This document shows, one piece after another, positions 34,290-43,374 of a stretch of DNA of 45,301 bases. The stretch lies in contig DATEDS010000209.1 of NCBI GenBank assembly GCA_035281565.1, forward strand, positions 1 to 45,301, in the 5' to 3' direction. The translations under genes and the position numbers were made by a program. Origin of the DNA: Gemmatimonadota bacterium. GTDB taxonomy: Bacteria; Gemmatimonadota; Gemmatimonadetes; JACCXV01; JAHWKZ01. Below the pieces are notes generated by a model that had not been told where the DNA came from, made no database searches, and was given only the letters and a program-made list of their open reading frames with translations. Position 1 is the stretch's first letter; each line of letters starts with the position of its first letter.

Positions 34290-35736
34290 CGGTCGGACTC
34301 CCCGCGAGCCCCGGCGCGACCTCGCGATCCGGGATCTGCGGTCTGAGCTCCCGGATCCGCGCCGGGATGTCCGGCGGCGCCCCTGGATGGAGGCCCCAGT
34401 CCGTGCGGCGGAGAAGAAGGTCGTCGAGGCCCATCACGGCTTCCTCTTCGACGAGGCGATCCACGATCAGCCGGGCGGCCTCCGGGTCGGACCCGAGGAC
34501 GTTCTCGAACTCCCGCCAGAGGAGAGCCGGCGAGGGCGGGCGAACGGACGGTTCCGCCGGCCGCGACGAGCCGTAGATCCGCTCCAGGGCCCGTTCCGCC
34601 ACCCTCCGCGCCGTCGTGAACTTGACCCCCGAGACGCTGAAGAGTCCAGCCGGGCCTCCGGCGCCCCCATGGTCCCGGATCTCCTCCCTGAGGGCGAGCC
34701 TGCACGTGCCCGCCTCGGTGGCCGGCAACAGCCCCCAGAAGACGCGCGTCACGTCCGGCTCGCCAAGCTCCAGCCCGGGGAGGGCTTCGTTCAGGTCCTC
34801 CAGGAAACGCCGGATCCACTCCCTCTCCGGGGGACCGGCGGCCATTCCGCCGGGTCTCGGGGCATGATACGTGCCAGCCAGCATCCTGCCCTTCCACGGG
34901 ACCACGAAGCAGGTCCGCGAGCCGGGCTGCGGCGGCTCGACCGCCAGCGCCGCGTCGGCCAGGGGCGCCCGGTCGAGGAGGACGTTGAACGCCAGCGAGG
35001 GACGGAACAGCTCTTCGATGTCGCGGTCGAACCGTGCGGCCAGCTCCCGGCACCACGGCCCGGCGCAGTTCACCACGACGCCGGCCCGGAACTCCCAGGA
35101 ATCCCCCGTCAGCGAGTCTGTCCCCCGGACGCCCTTCACCCTGCCGCCGTGCTGGACCAGATCGGTCGCTTCGAGGTAGTTCAGGAGCGTCGCTCCCCCG
35201 GCCGAGGCCCAGCGGGCCATCTCGATCAGCAGTCGCGGAGAGTCCGGCATGGCGGCGTCGTACCACAGGGCCGCCCCGCGCAGGCCGTCGGTCTCGACCC
35301 CCGGGAACCGCGCGGCCGTTTCGCCCGCGCTCAGGACCCGCCCCGGCGGCAGGCTCCGGAGGCCCGCGGACAGAGCCTCGCTGGCCAGGAGAGCCGCCCG
35401 CAGGACGGCCGGTCGCCGCAGCCCGCGCCCGTACAACGGCATCACGCACGCCAGCGGCCGGACGAGCTCGGGAAACGTGCGCAGATACCATCTCCGCTCG
35501 CGCACCGAGTCACGAGCGCTGCGAAGGTCGAGCCGTTGCAGGTGGCGCAGACCGCCGTGCAGGATCCGCAGATTGTTCCACGTCGTGCCGCTCCCGAAAT
35601 CGCGACGCTCCAGGAGCACCGGCCGGAGCCCCCGGCGCGTCGCCTCCAGCGCCAGGCTGATGCCGTAGATCCCGCCGCCGATCACCGCCAGGTCGTAGTG
35701 GCGACCGGCCGCCCCGGCGGGGTCACGCTCGATCAC
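34282..35736 (-). CDS. FAD-dependent oxidoreductase, glycerol-3-phosphate dehydrogenase (GlpD)-like
   Basis: YDLAVIGGGIYGISLALEATRRGLRPVLLERRDFGSGTTWNNLRILHGGLRHLQ is a GlpD-type N-terminus. I place the start at GTG 35736 (GTGA overlap with the asnB stop). The track start 35970 would overlap asnB by 238 nt. Confidence 0.7.
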   Translation of the reverse strand: MIERDPAGAAGRHYDLAVIGGGIYGISLALEATRRGLRPVLLERRDFGSGTTWNNLRILHGGLRHLQRLDLRSARDSVRERRWYLRTFPELVRPLACVMPLYGRGLRRPAVLRAALLASEALSAGLRSLPPGRVLSAGETAARFPGVETDGLRGAALWYDAAMPDSPRLLIEMARWASAGGATLLNYLEATDLVQHGGRVKGVRGTDSLTGDSWEFRAGVVVNCAGPWCRELAARFDRDIEELFRPSLAFNVLLDRAPLADAALAVEPPQPGSRTCFVVPWKGRMLAGTYHAPRPGGMAAGPPEREWIRRFLEDLNEALPGLELGEPDVTRVFWGLLPATEAGTCRLALREEIRDHGGAGGPAGLFSVSGVKFTTARRVAERALERIYGSSRPAEPSVRPPSPALLWREFENVLGSDPEAARLIVDRLVEEEAVMGLDDLLLRRTDWGLHPGAPPDIPARIRELRPQIPDREVAPGLAGSPTDD

Positions 35737-37619
35737 ACCGACCACCGCCGCCGCCACATCTCGAAGACCATGAGGCACCAGAGGAGATGGCTGTGGTTGG
35801 CCCGTCCCTCGAGGTGCTCGCGCTTGCGCCGGTCGATCTCCTCGGCTTCGAAGAGTCCCCCCTGTCCGACCCGCGCGGGTGAGAGCAGCTCCTCCATGAG
35901 CGGGCGAAGCCCGTCCCGCAGCCAGTGCTTGAGCGGGATGCTGAAACCTTCCTTCGGTCGATAAACGCACTCGGCAGGGACGTGGCGCGCGGCCACCCGC
36001 TTGAGCAAGATCTTCGTCCGGCCGCGATCGACCTTGAGCTCAGGAGGGATCTGGAAAGCGAGCTCGACCAGCTCGTGATCGAGCAGGGGTACCCTGGCCT
36101 CGAGCGAGCAGGCCATCGACATCCGGTCGACCTTCACCAGGCAATTATCGACCAGATAGCTGCGCAGGTCCACGTACAGCCAGCGATCGACCCGGGGCCG
36201 ATCACCGGCGTCGTCGAAGAGCCTCCGGATGTGCTGTCCGACCGGGGTTCGGACGGCGGCGAGCGCCTCCGGGGTGAAGAGATCACGACGCTCGTCCTCG
36301 TCCAGGAACAACCGCCATCGAGCGTGCTCGAGATCCTGCGACCGGCCGGCGCCCTCCAGGAAACGCTTGGTCTTGTTCACGAGACCTTTCTTGGCAGGCC
36401 GGGGAGGGATGCGTCCGGCCGCCCACCCCAGTCCTTCCCGGAGAGGACCCGGAAGCCGACCCCAGAGCGGAGCCGCCCCCTGGGCGACGTACGTCTCGTA
36501 GCCGCCGAAGACCTCGTCCCCCCCGTCGCCCGACAGGCTCACCGTCACGTCGCGCCGGGCCAGTCGGGAGACGAGGTAGGTGGGAAAGATCGAGACGTCG
36601 CCGATCGGGTCATCCAGGAACTCCATCAAGTCCGGGACCAGATCGCCGATGTCGGCCCTCAGGACCTCGACCGAGTGATCGACCCCCAGGTGTCGCGCGA
36701 CGCGGGTCGACCACGCGACTTCGTCGTAGCTCGGGTCGTCGAAGCCGATCGAGAACGTCCGGGCCTCGCCCATCGCGGCCACCACCAGCGAGCTGTCGAC
36801 GCCGCCCGAGAGGAACGCCCCGAGCGGCACGTCGCTCACGAGCTGGCTTCTGACGCTCTCACGGATCCGGGCATCCACCGCGTCCTCCCATTCCCCCGCC
36901 GTCCTGGGCGATACGCCTCCACGCTCTCCCGGAACAGGCGCCGGGACATCCCACCATCGCGACACGAAGGTTCGTCCAGTCGCCAGGTCGAGCTCCATCA
37001 GATTGGCAGCGTCCAGCTTCCTGACCCCGTCCAGCAGGGTCCCGGGGGCGGGGACGTACTCCCAGGCCAGGAACTGCGCGAGACCATCCACGTCGAGGCG
37101 CCGCTCCACAAGACCCGAGGCGAGCAGGGCCTTGATCTCCGAGCCAAAGACGAGGTGGGTCCCGGTGAGGGCGTAGAAGAGCGGCTTGATCCCGAGCCGA
37201 TCGCGGACCAGGAGAAGTCGTCCCCGACGAGCATCGTGGAGCGCAAGCGCGAACATCCCGTCTAGATGCCGGACGAATTCCGGGCCGTGATCCTCCCAAA
37301 GGTGGACGATGACCTCGCCGTCGGTCGCCGAGGCGAAACGGTGACCGCCCGCTTCGAGCCTTCGCCGGAGCTCGCGAAAGTTGTAGATCTCTCCGTTGAA
37401 CACGAGACGGACCGAGCGATCCTCGTTGAAGATCGGCTGCCGGCCCCCCTGAACGTCGATCACCGACAGGCGACGGACGCCGAGCCCGACCGCGCCCTCG
37501 ATGTCGAAGCCCTCGTCATCGGGCCCCCGGTGGACGATCGTCCGGCACATCTCGCTGAGCTGTTCGTGCGTGGCGGGGCTGGCTCCGGGCAGCGCGGCGA
37601 TCCCCGCGATCCCGCACAT
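35733..37619 (-). CDS. asnB: Asparagine synthase (glutamine-hydrolysing) family amidotransferase, copy 1
   Basis: MCGIAGI... (Ntn Cys2), NGEIYNF, and the SGGVDSS PP-loop. 628 aa. Confidence 0.85.
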   Translation of the reverse strand: MCGIAGIAALPGASPATHEQLSEMCRTIVHRGPDDEGFDIEGAVGLGVRRLSVIDVQGGRQPIFNEDRSVRLVFNGEIYNFRELRRRLEAGGHRFASATDGEVIVHLWEDHGPEFVRHLDGMFALALHDARRGRLLLVRDRLGIKPLFYALTGTHLVFGSEIKALLASGLVERRLDVDGLAQFLAWEYVPAPGTLLDGVRKLDAANLMELDLATGRTFVSRWWDVPAPVPGERGGVSPRTAGEWEDAVDARIRESVRSQLVSDVPLGAFLSGGVDSSLVVAAMGEARTFSIGFDDPSYDEVAWSTRVARHLGVDHSVEVLRADIGDLVPDLMEFLDDPIGDVSIFPTYLVSRLARRDVTVSLSGDGGDEVFGGYETYVAQGAAPLWGRLPGPLREGLGWAAGRIPPRPAKKGLVNKTKRFLEGAGRSQDLEHARWRLFLDEDERRDLFTPEALAAVRTPVGQHIRRLFDDAGDRPRVDRWLYVDLRSYLVDNCLVKVDRMSMACSLEARVPLLDHELVELAFQIPPELKVDRGRTKILLKRVAARHVPAECVYRPKEGFSIPLKHWLRDGLRPLMEELLSPARVGQGGLFEAEEIDRRKREHLEGRANHSHLLWCLMVFEMWRRRWSV

Positions 37620-38782
37620 CAGGCAAGGGCCTCGAGAAGCTTCTCCATCTTCTCCCGGTACGCCTCGCGAGACCAGTGCCGGTGGTAGTGCTCCCGCGCC
37701 GCGGCGATCACCGACCCACGCCTCTCGCCGTCGTCCAACGCGGCCAGGAGCCCTTCGGACATCGCCGCCGGATCGGGATCGACGAGAAAGCAGATCCGGT
37801 CGTTGAGGACCTGGGTGTGAGACGGGATCCGGGTGGCCACGAGGGGGATCCCGCTGGCGACCTGCTCATAGATCTTCGCCGGCGTGTTGGTGCCAGCGAT
37901 ACGCGGCGAGGTCAACACCGTCGCCTTGGCGATGGTGTCCCTCACCCGGGAGTGCGGGATGCGACCGGTGAACCGGCAGTGCCCGTCGAGGCCCAGCTCG
38001 CCGGCCTTGCGGCGGTAGGCCTCGACCTGATCAGGGGTGCCTCCGATCATGAGCAGGAAAGCCTCCGGCCTCTGTTCTCTAACCTGCGCGAACGCCCACA
38101 GCAGGAGGTCCAGGCCCTGGTAGGGTTCGAAGCTGCCGGCGTAGATGACGATCGGCCGCCCGTCGGGGAGGGGCACCTCCGCCGGCCGATCGGTGGGCTC
38201 GCGAGCCAGCCGGATCTGCTCGAACAGCGAATTCTCGATCAGGAAGTGCCGGTCGGGGTCGGGCATCTTCTCCCTTGCGTAGTCGCCGAGGAGCGGACCG
38301 ATCGTGATCACGGCGTCAGCGCGGCGCAGCGTCATCCGCTCCAGGGTCTTGAAGATCCCGACCAGGATCCGCGAATCCGTGAACTCGAAGTTGGAGAGCT
38401 GCTCCGGAAGACTCGAGTGCATGTCGTAGACGAGCTTGAAGCCAAAGAAAGGCTTCAGAAAGAGCGCCATGAACGCGCCTTCTTCGTGAGCGTGGACGAC
38501 CTCGTACCGCCGCGTCGCCAGGAGGGCGACCATCCACGCGAAGACGAACACGTCCAGGAACGCCTTCTGCAGCGAGGGCCCGGCCTTGACCGGCCCCAGC
38601 ATGGCGAACCGCGGGATGCGGACGATCCTTGCACCCGGGATGTCCACGTCCTCCCCCTCGCCGTACGTGAGGACGTCGATGGTCGCTCCCAGCTCACAGG
38701 CGACCAGGGTCCTGTAGTACACGCTGAAGGGCGTGCCGCGCGGGGTGAAGAAAGGCTCCGGGGCGACCGCGAGAACTTTCAT
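37619..38782 (-). CDS. GT-B fold glycosyltransferase (GT4-like)
   Basis: 387 aa from ATG 38782 (ATGA overlap with the upstream stop): MKVLAVAPEPFFTPRGTPFSVYY.... The C-terminal region is AGTNTPAKIYEQVASGIPLVATRIPSH. Confidence 0.7.
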   Translation of the reverse strand: MKVLAVAPEPFFTPRGTPFSVYYRTLVACELGATIDVLTYGEGEDVDIPGARIVRIPRFAMLGPVKAGPSLQKAFLDVFVFAWMVALLATRRYEVVHAHEEGAFMALFLKPFFGFKLVYDMHSSLPEQLSNFEFTDSRILVGIFKTLERMTLRRADAVITIGPLLGDYAREKMPDPDRHFLIENSLFEQIRLAREPTDRPAEVPLPDGRPIVIYAGSFEPYQGLDLLLWAFAQVREQRPEAFLLMIGGTPDQVEAYRRKAGELGLDGHCRFTGRIPHSRVRDTIAKATVLTSPRIAGTNTPAKIYEQVASGIPLVATRIPSHTQVLNDRICFLVDPDPAAMSEGLLAALDDGERRGSVIAAAREHYHRHWSREAYREKMEKLLEALA

Positions 38783-40773
38783 GATCCGGCGGCCCACCTG
38801 CCGCCGACCGTCTCCGCCATGCGGTCGGCGATACGGTCCGAGAGGTCCTCGCGTGATTGGCCGCGAACGTACATCCGGTACCACAGCTCGACGTTCAGGA
38901 GCATCCACAGCCGGACGTGATGATCGCTCTCGTCGGCAAGGTGCTCTCCTACCATCGCCCGTATCGGCTCCGTCGCGAAGAGACCATCCTCCACCAGCGC
39001 CGACTCGCGAGCCAGGTCCTCCAGCACGGGCAGAAGGGGGCCCTTCATCCAGTATCCGAGCGGGAACATGAAGCCTTGTTTGGGCCGGCGCAGGACCGTC
39101 TCCGGCAGGAGCTCACGGGCCACCTCGCGCAGCAGGTGCTTCAGCCGCCGGCCCTTGAGCTTCAGGCCGGCCGGGAGCGTCGCCACGAACTCGGCAAGCC
39201 GGTGATCCAGGAACGGGGCACGGGCCTCGAGGCTCCGGGCCATCGTCATCCGGTCGGTGAGCATGAGGGAGTGCTCGGGCAGGCGCGTCATCACGTCGGC
39301 GAACAGCATCCGCTCCAGGTCGGTCTCCGCCTCGGCTTGCTCGAACGCGTCGACGATGCAGCGGGTCGGATCCCGCGGAGCCAGTCGGCGCGCCAGGTGG
39401 GGGGCGTAGAGACCGAGCCGGCCCGGGCGGCCGTACCGGAAGAAGACCGTGGCTTCTGCATACCGTCGGGCGTCCTCATGAAAGGACAACTCGTGCAACC
39501 AGCGTGCCTTCTGGGCGAACGTCTTGTAGCCGGCGGTGTCCGGGAGCGAATACCAGAGGGGGCCCAGGAGGGCCCGGCGCACGGCGGCGGGGAGACGGGC
39601 GTAGGCGCCCGCCCAGCGGACGCCGTAGTAGCGGTCGAAGCCGGCGAACATCTCGTCCCCGCCATCCCCGGTCAGCACGACCTTGACGTGGCGCGCCGCC
39701 AGCGCCGCGGCGTGGTACATGCAGGCCGCGATCGGGTCGGACGGCTCGTCCAGGTGGTAGATCATCTCCGGAAGCAGACGGACCAGGTCCGGCGACACCA
39801 CCTCCTCGTGGTGATCGGTGCGGCAGTGTGTCGCCACCGCGCGGGCGAAGGGCAGCTCGTCGAAATCCTGCTCCGCGACTCCTATCGAAAACGTGCGCGG
39901 GGTCCCGTCGCCGATCTCACTCATCAGCGCGACGATGACGCTCGAATCCATTCCTCCCGACAGGAAGGCTCCCACCGGCACATCGGCCACCAGATGGCTC
40001 TGGATCGCGTCCCGGACCCGTGTCCGGACCTCGGTCACGGCTTCCGCCTCTCCGATGTCGGCCACCGGGGCGTACCGCAGGGTCCAATAGCGACGCAGGT
40101 CGAGGCGCGGCTGGACGACGTTCACGCCGTCCCGACGCGCCAGCGATGCATCCAGCTCCAGGACGTGAGCCGGGGGGAGCTTTTGGATCCCTTCGAACAT
40201 CGTGGCTGGCCCGGGGACGAACCGTAGCGCCAGATAGTCGTCGAGGGCCTCCAGGTCGGGCGGGAAATCGCGCCCATGCCCCGCCAGAAGCGCCTTGATC
40301 TCGGACGCGAAGACGAGCCGTGCGCCGTCGAAGGTGTAGAAGAGAGGCTTCTGACCGAACCGGTCGCGTGCCAGGATCAGCCGTCGCCGCCGGACGTCCC
40401 AGATGGCGAACGCGAACATGCCGCGCAACGAGTCCACGACCCCGCTTCCGGCGTCCTCGTACAGGTGAAGGATGACCTCGGTGTCGCTGTGTGTGCGGAA
40501 GCGGTGCCCGCGGCGAGCCAGGTCCTCGCGCAGCTCACGGTAGTTGTAGATCTCGCCGTTGAAGACAATCCAGCAACTCTCGTCCTCGTTTGGGATCGGC
40601 TGATGTCCACCTTCGAGATCGATGATGCGGAGACGGCGAACGGCGAGACCCGTCTCCCCGAGGACGATGCTGCCCGCGTCGTCCGGCCCGCGATGCACGA
40701 GACGCCGGCTCATGAGGTCCAGGACGTCCTGGCGGGCGCCCCTCGAGTTCCACTCGCCGCAGATGCCGCACAT
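38779..40773 (-). CDS. asnB: Asparagine synthase (glutamine-hydrolysing) family amidotransferase, copy 2
   Basis: MCGICGEW..., NGEIYNY, and the SGGMDSS PP-loop. 664 aa. It is a paralog of copy 1. Confidence 0.85.
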   Translation of the reverse strand: MCGICGEWNSRGARQDVLDLMSRRLVHRGPDDAGSIVLGETGLAVRRLRIIDLEGGHQPIPNEDESCWIVFNGEIYNYRELREDLARRGHRFRTHSDTEVILHLYEDAGSGVVDSLRGMFAFAIWDVRRRRLILARDRFGQKPLFYTFDGARLVFASEIKALLAGHGRDFPPDLEALDDYLALRFVPGPATMFEGIQKLPPAHVLELDASLARRDGVNVVQPRLDLRRYWTLRYAPVADIGEAEAVTEVRTRVRDAIQSHLVADVPVGAFLSGGMDSSVIVALMSEIGDGTPRTFSIGVAEQDFDELPFARAVATHCRTDHHEEVVSPDLVRLLPEMIYHLDEPSDPIAACMYHAAALAARHVKVVLTGDGGDEMFAGFDRYYGVRWAGAYARLPAAVRRALLGPLWYSLPDTAGYKTFAQKARWLHELSFHEDARRYAEATVFFRYGRPGRLGLYAPHLARRLAPRDPTRCIVDAFEQAEAETDLERMLFADVMTRLPEHSLMLTDRMTMARSLEARAPFLDHRLAEFVATLPAGLKLKGRRLKHLLREVARELLPETVLRRPKQGFMFPLGYWMKGPLLPVLEDLARESALVEDGLFATEPIRAMVGEHLADESDHHVRLWMLLNVELWYRMYVRGQSREDLSDRIADRMAETVGGRWAAGS

Positions 40774-40785
40774 CGGGAGACCGAC

Positions 40786-41805
40786 TCAGACCGTCGCGGC
40801 GCGGGGCAGCGGGACCTGCCAGGGGTCGGAGCCCGAGAGGTAGGCCCAGGTCTCGGCGAGCCCGGCGCGGAGGTCGTACCGCGGATTCCAGCCGAGGAGC
40901 CGACGCGCCTTCGAGATGTCGAACGCGGTGTTGTTGGTATAGAACTTGATCGACCGCCGGGAGACGGGCGGTTCCTTGCCGAGCGGTCGGAAGGCCAGCT
41001 CGCACACGCCGGCCGCAAGCCGCAGCACGGGGAGCGGAATCGAGCGCGGCGGCGGGGAACCGACCAGCTCGGCGATCTCGTCGATCAGGGTGCGCACGGT
41101 GACCGGGGACTCGTCGCCCACGATGATCACCTCACCCACTGCATCCCGGGTCTCGGCCGCCCGATCGAACGCGTCCAGCATGTCCCGAATGTATACGCAA
41201 TGTCGAAGTGCATCACCGCGGCCGGCCAGCGGGAAGCGGCGCTTGCGAACGGCCCGGAAGAGCCGCTCGGTCCGCGGGCAGCCGGGTCCGTAGACCCAGG
41301 CGGGTCTGAGGATCACGGCCGGGAAGCCGCGCTCACGGATCGCCGCCCGCACGATCTCTTCCCCGGCGAGCTTCGTCGTCTCATAAGCCCCCTCGGGTCG
41401 ACAGGGAGAATCCTCGTCGGCGGGAGGATCCTCCACGCGGCCGTGGACGCCGACGCTGCTGCAATGGACGAAGCGGCGTACGCCGGCCGCCTCAGCCGTA
41501 CGGACCAGCTTCTCCACTCCTTCCGCGTTCACCCATCGGTGTTCGGCCTCGCTCGCCCGCGACCCCAGGTGGATCGCCGCCAGATGAAAGACGGTGTCGA
41601 CCCCTGCCAGGGCGTGGCGAATCACAGCAGGGTCCATGAAGTCTCCGGCGACGATGTCGAACCGTCCCGCCCGCTCGAGATGGGCGACACGCCCGAGGTC
41701 CAGGTCGAGGGCCACGACCTCGCGGCCGCGATGGCTCTGGTCGGCGGCCAGGTGGCTGCCGATGAAGCCACCCGCCCCGGTGACCAGGACGCGGGACGGA
41801 AACAC
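40786..41805 (-). CDS. NAD-dependent epimerase/dehydratase (SDR family)
   Basis: VLVTGAGGFIGSHL Rossmann motif and YETTKLAGE (Y-x-x-x-K). The start is placed at GTG 41805. The track start 41901 would overlap the upstream gene by 88 nt. Confidence 0.8.
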   Translation of the reverse strand: MFPSRVLVTGAGGFIGSHLAADQSHRGREVVALDLDLGRVAHLERAGRFDIVAGDFMDPAVIRHALAGVDTVFHLAAIHLGSRASEAEHRWVNAEGVEKLVRTAEAAGVRRFVHCSSVGVHGRVEDPPADEDSPCRPEGAYETTKLAGEEIVRAAIRERGFPAVILRPAWVYGPGCPRTERLFRAVRKRRFPLAGRGDALRHCVYIRDMLDAFDRAAETRDAVGEVIIVGDESPVTVRTLIDEIAELVGSPPPRSIPLPVLRLAAGVCELAFRPLGKEPPVSRRSIKFYTNNTAFDISKARRLLGWNPRYDLRAGLAETWAYLSGSDPWQVPLPRAATV

Positions 41806-41813
41806 GCCCGGGC

Positions 41814-42608
41814 TCAATTCCGGTCCGGCCTTCGGGCCACGACCGAGACCGCGTATCCCTTGAAGAAGAAGAGGAGCCGATCGAGCCGCGAAATACTCCA
41901 CAGAAGCGGATAGACGGCCGAATAGACCCGGACCTGCCGGTCCACGGCCCGTAGCTGCACACTGGTGGAAGGGGCGATCGTCCCCGGCGTCGGGGGTGAC
42001 TTGCGCGAGAGGATTCGCACGTAGGCGAAGTTGATCGCCAGCTCGAGGAGCTCCGTGAAGAATCTGGAGTAGGTCCCAGCCGTCTGGGGCTCGAGCCCCG
42101 CCTCACGAAGCATCGTCCGGTGCTGCCGGATGGTGTAGCCGATGACCCGGTGACCGTACCGCTCCTTGGTCATCCCCACGAGATGCTTCAGCACCGTGAC
42201 CGGCTTCCACGCGTCTCCGGTCGGGGTGCTCACGACCACGGTTCCCCCCGGTCTCACCACCCGCCTCAGCTCACGATTGAACGGCCGACAGTCGTCGAGG
42301 TGCTCGTGGACGTCGATCGAGACCACAACGTCGAACGACTCGTCCTCGACGGGAATCCCGCTCGGGGTTCCGGGGAGAACGGGCTCGCCAAGAAAGCGCG
42401 ACATCTCCTCGATCTTCTCGCGCTCGTTCTCCACCCACGTCCAGTTCCCGCCATGGAGGCGCAGGTGATGATTGAGGGCGCCGGTGTTGTCGCCGTGGGT
42501 GACCAGCAGACAATCCTTCCCCGCCGTCTCCCGGAGCTGGCTCAGGATCAGCTCCAGCTTCTGCTTCTTCTTCAGGGACTTCTCGAAGAGGACCAGCTGC
42601 CAGGGCAT
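41814..42608 (-). CDS. Class I SAM-dependent methyltransferase
   Basis: 264 aa from ATG 42608: MPWQLVLFEKSLKKKQKLELI..., CLLVTHGDNTG, FDVVVSIDVHEHL and VRPGGTVVVSTP. The N-terminal extension of the track ORF runs through the tRNA-Arg gene. Confidence 0.75.
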   Translation of the reverse strand: MPWQLVLFEKSLKKKQKLELILSQLRETAGKDCLLVTHGDNTGALNHHLRLHGGNWTWVENEREKIEEMSRFLGEPVLPGTPSGIPVEDESFDVVVSIDVHEHLDDCRPFNRELRRVVRPGGTVVVSTPTGDAWKPVTVLKHLVGMTKERYGHRVIGYTIRQHRTMLREAGLEPQTAGTYSRFFTELLELAINFAYVRILSRKSPPTPGTIAPSTSVQLRAVDRQVRVYSAVYPLLWSISRLDRLLFFFKGYAVSVVARRPDRN

Positions 42609-42612
42609 GGAT

Positions 42613-42689
42613 TGGTGCGCCCTGAGGGAGTCGAACCCCCAACCTTCAGATCCGTAGTCTGACGCTCTATCCAATTGAGCTAAGGGCGC
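42613..42689 (-). tRNA. tRNA-Arg (anticodon ACG), CCA encoded
   Basis: Hand fold. Acceptor GCGCCCT/AGGGCGC, D arm GCTC-AATTGGATA-GAGC, anticodon stem TCAGA/TCTGA with loop CTACGGA, T loop TTCGACT, A plus CCA. Confidence 0.9.
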
Positions 42690-42706
42690 AGCCGGCGGGA
42701 CGGGAA

Positions 42707-42734
42707 GATATATCCCCCAACCGGGTTGGGGCAA
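42707..42734 (-). promoter_or_regulatory. Candidate sigma70-like promoter for tRNA-Arg and the downstream operon; it overlaps a GC hairpin that could terminate the upstream DUF420 operon
   Basis: The minus strand reads TTGCCC (42734-42729), a 16-nt spacer, then TATATC (42712-42707), about 18 nt before the tRNA 5' end. The spacer contains the palindrome ccccaacccggttgggg (42714-42731). Assigned by eye only. Confidence 0.3.
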
Positions 42735-42756
42735 AACGCCTCGTCGCCATGGTCGG

Positions 42757-42912
42757 TCACTCCTCCGGATCGGGCCACCCCGAGTGGAGGTTGCGCTTGA
42801 TCTGGCGGATCGTCCGCTGGAGGTCCCGAGACTGCGCACCGAGCCGGAACAGGACGAAGAACAGGATCGCCCACAGGACCGCGTACAGGATCGCGAAGGC
42901 GCTCTCAGTCAC
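42757..42912 (-). CDS. Small (51 aa) single-TM membrane protein, translationally coupled to the DUF420 gene
   Basis: Own translation from GTG 42912-42910, sharing 1 nt with the DUF420 TAG stop: VTESAFAILYAVLWAILFFVLFRLGAQSRDLQRTIRQIKRNLHSGWPDPEE*. It is below the track cutoff. Confidence 0.4.
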   Translation of the reverse strand: MTESAFAILYAVLWAILFFVLFRLGAQSRDLQRTIRQIKRNLHSGWPDPEE

Positions 42913-43349
42913 TACGTTACCTCACTTGATGGAAACCATTGGTATAAAAAGAGATATATCAACACACCGGTGACGGACACGTAGAGCCAGAGAGGCCAAG
43001 TCCAGCGGGCGATCCGGACGTGCTCGCCGATTCGACCCCGCAGGCCGCGGCCCGCGGTGACCAGCGCCAGCGGCAGGATCGCGGCCGCCAGCGGGACATG
43101 GGTCACGAGGATCGCATAGTAGGCCGCCCGCGGCCAGCCACCGGCGGTGAAGCGCACCGATCCGGCCTGGACGTGGTAAACGACGTAGGAAGCCAGAAAC
43201 AGGGCCGATACCACGAGCGCCGCCCCCATGCAGAGGCCGTGCCCATCGAGCCGGCCGCGTCGGATGAACAGATGCCCGGCCACCAGCAGCAGGGCGGCGA
43301 CCGAGTTCAAGGCCGCGTTCAGGGCCGGGAGGTCATGGACCTCGATCAC
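42912..43349 (-). CDS. DUF420 family membrane protein
   Basis: 145 aa with 4 TM helices. LPALNAALNSVAALLLVAGHLFIRR...ASYVVYH...ILVTHVPLAA is the typical DUF420 pattern. Confidence 0.75.
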   Translation of the reverse strand: MIEVHDLPALNAALNSVAALLLVAGHLFIRRGRLDGHGLCMGAALVVSALFLASYVVYHVQAGSVRFTAGGWPRAAYYAILVTHVPLAAAILPLALVTAGRGLRGRIGEHVRIARWTWPLWLYVSVTGVLIYLFLYQWFPSSEVT

Positions 43350-43374
43350 CTGCGCCCGACCCCCCGCGCCACGC

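Noticed and set aside
34246-35964. A 572-aa plus-strand ORF, a 401-aa alternative minus-frame ORF (34286..35491), and many other 60-450 aa R/P/G-rich ORFs throughout the track
   Set aside because: They are all antisense or off-frame to CDSs that have strong family motifs (here the GlpD-like flavoprotein). Their composition is typical of GC-rich shadow frames, and none has a recognisable domain.
35733-40773. The AsnB homologs as lasso-peptide cyclases, i.e. a RiPP cluster
   Set aside because: Both proteins keep the N-terminal catalytic Cys (MCGI) of true glutamine amidotransferases. No transglutaminase-like leader protease, RRE or short precursor ORF is adjacent. The neighbours are glycosyltransferases, an epimerase and methyltransferases.
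42680-42874. A 64-aa minus-strand ORF upstream of, and overlapping, tRNA-Arg
   Set aside because: It overlaps the tRNA gene and is out of frame with the better-supported 51-aa ORF (42757..42912), which is hydrophobic and coupled to the DUF420 stop.
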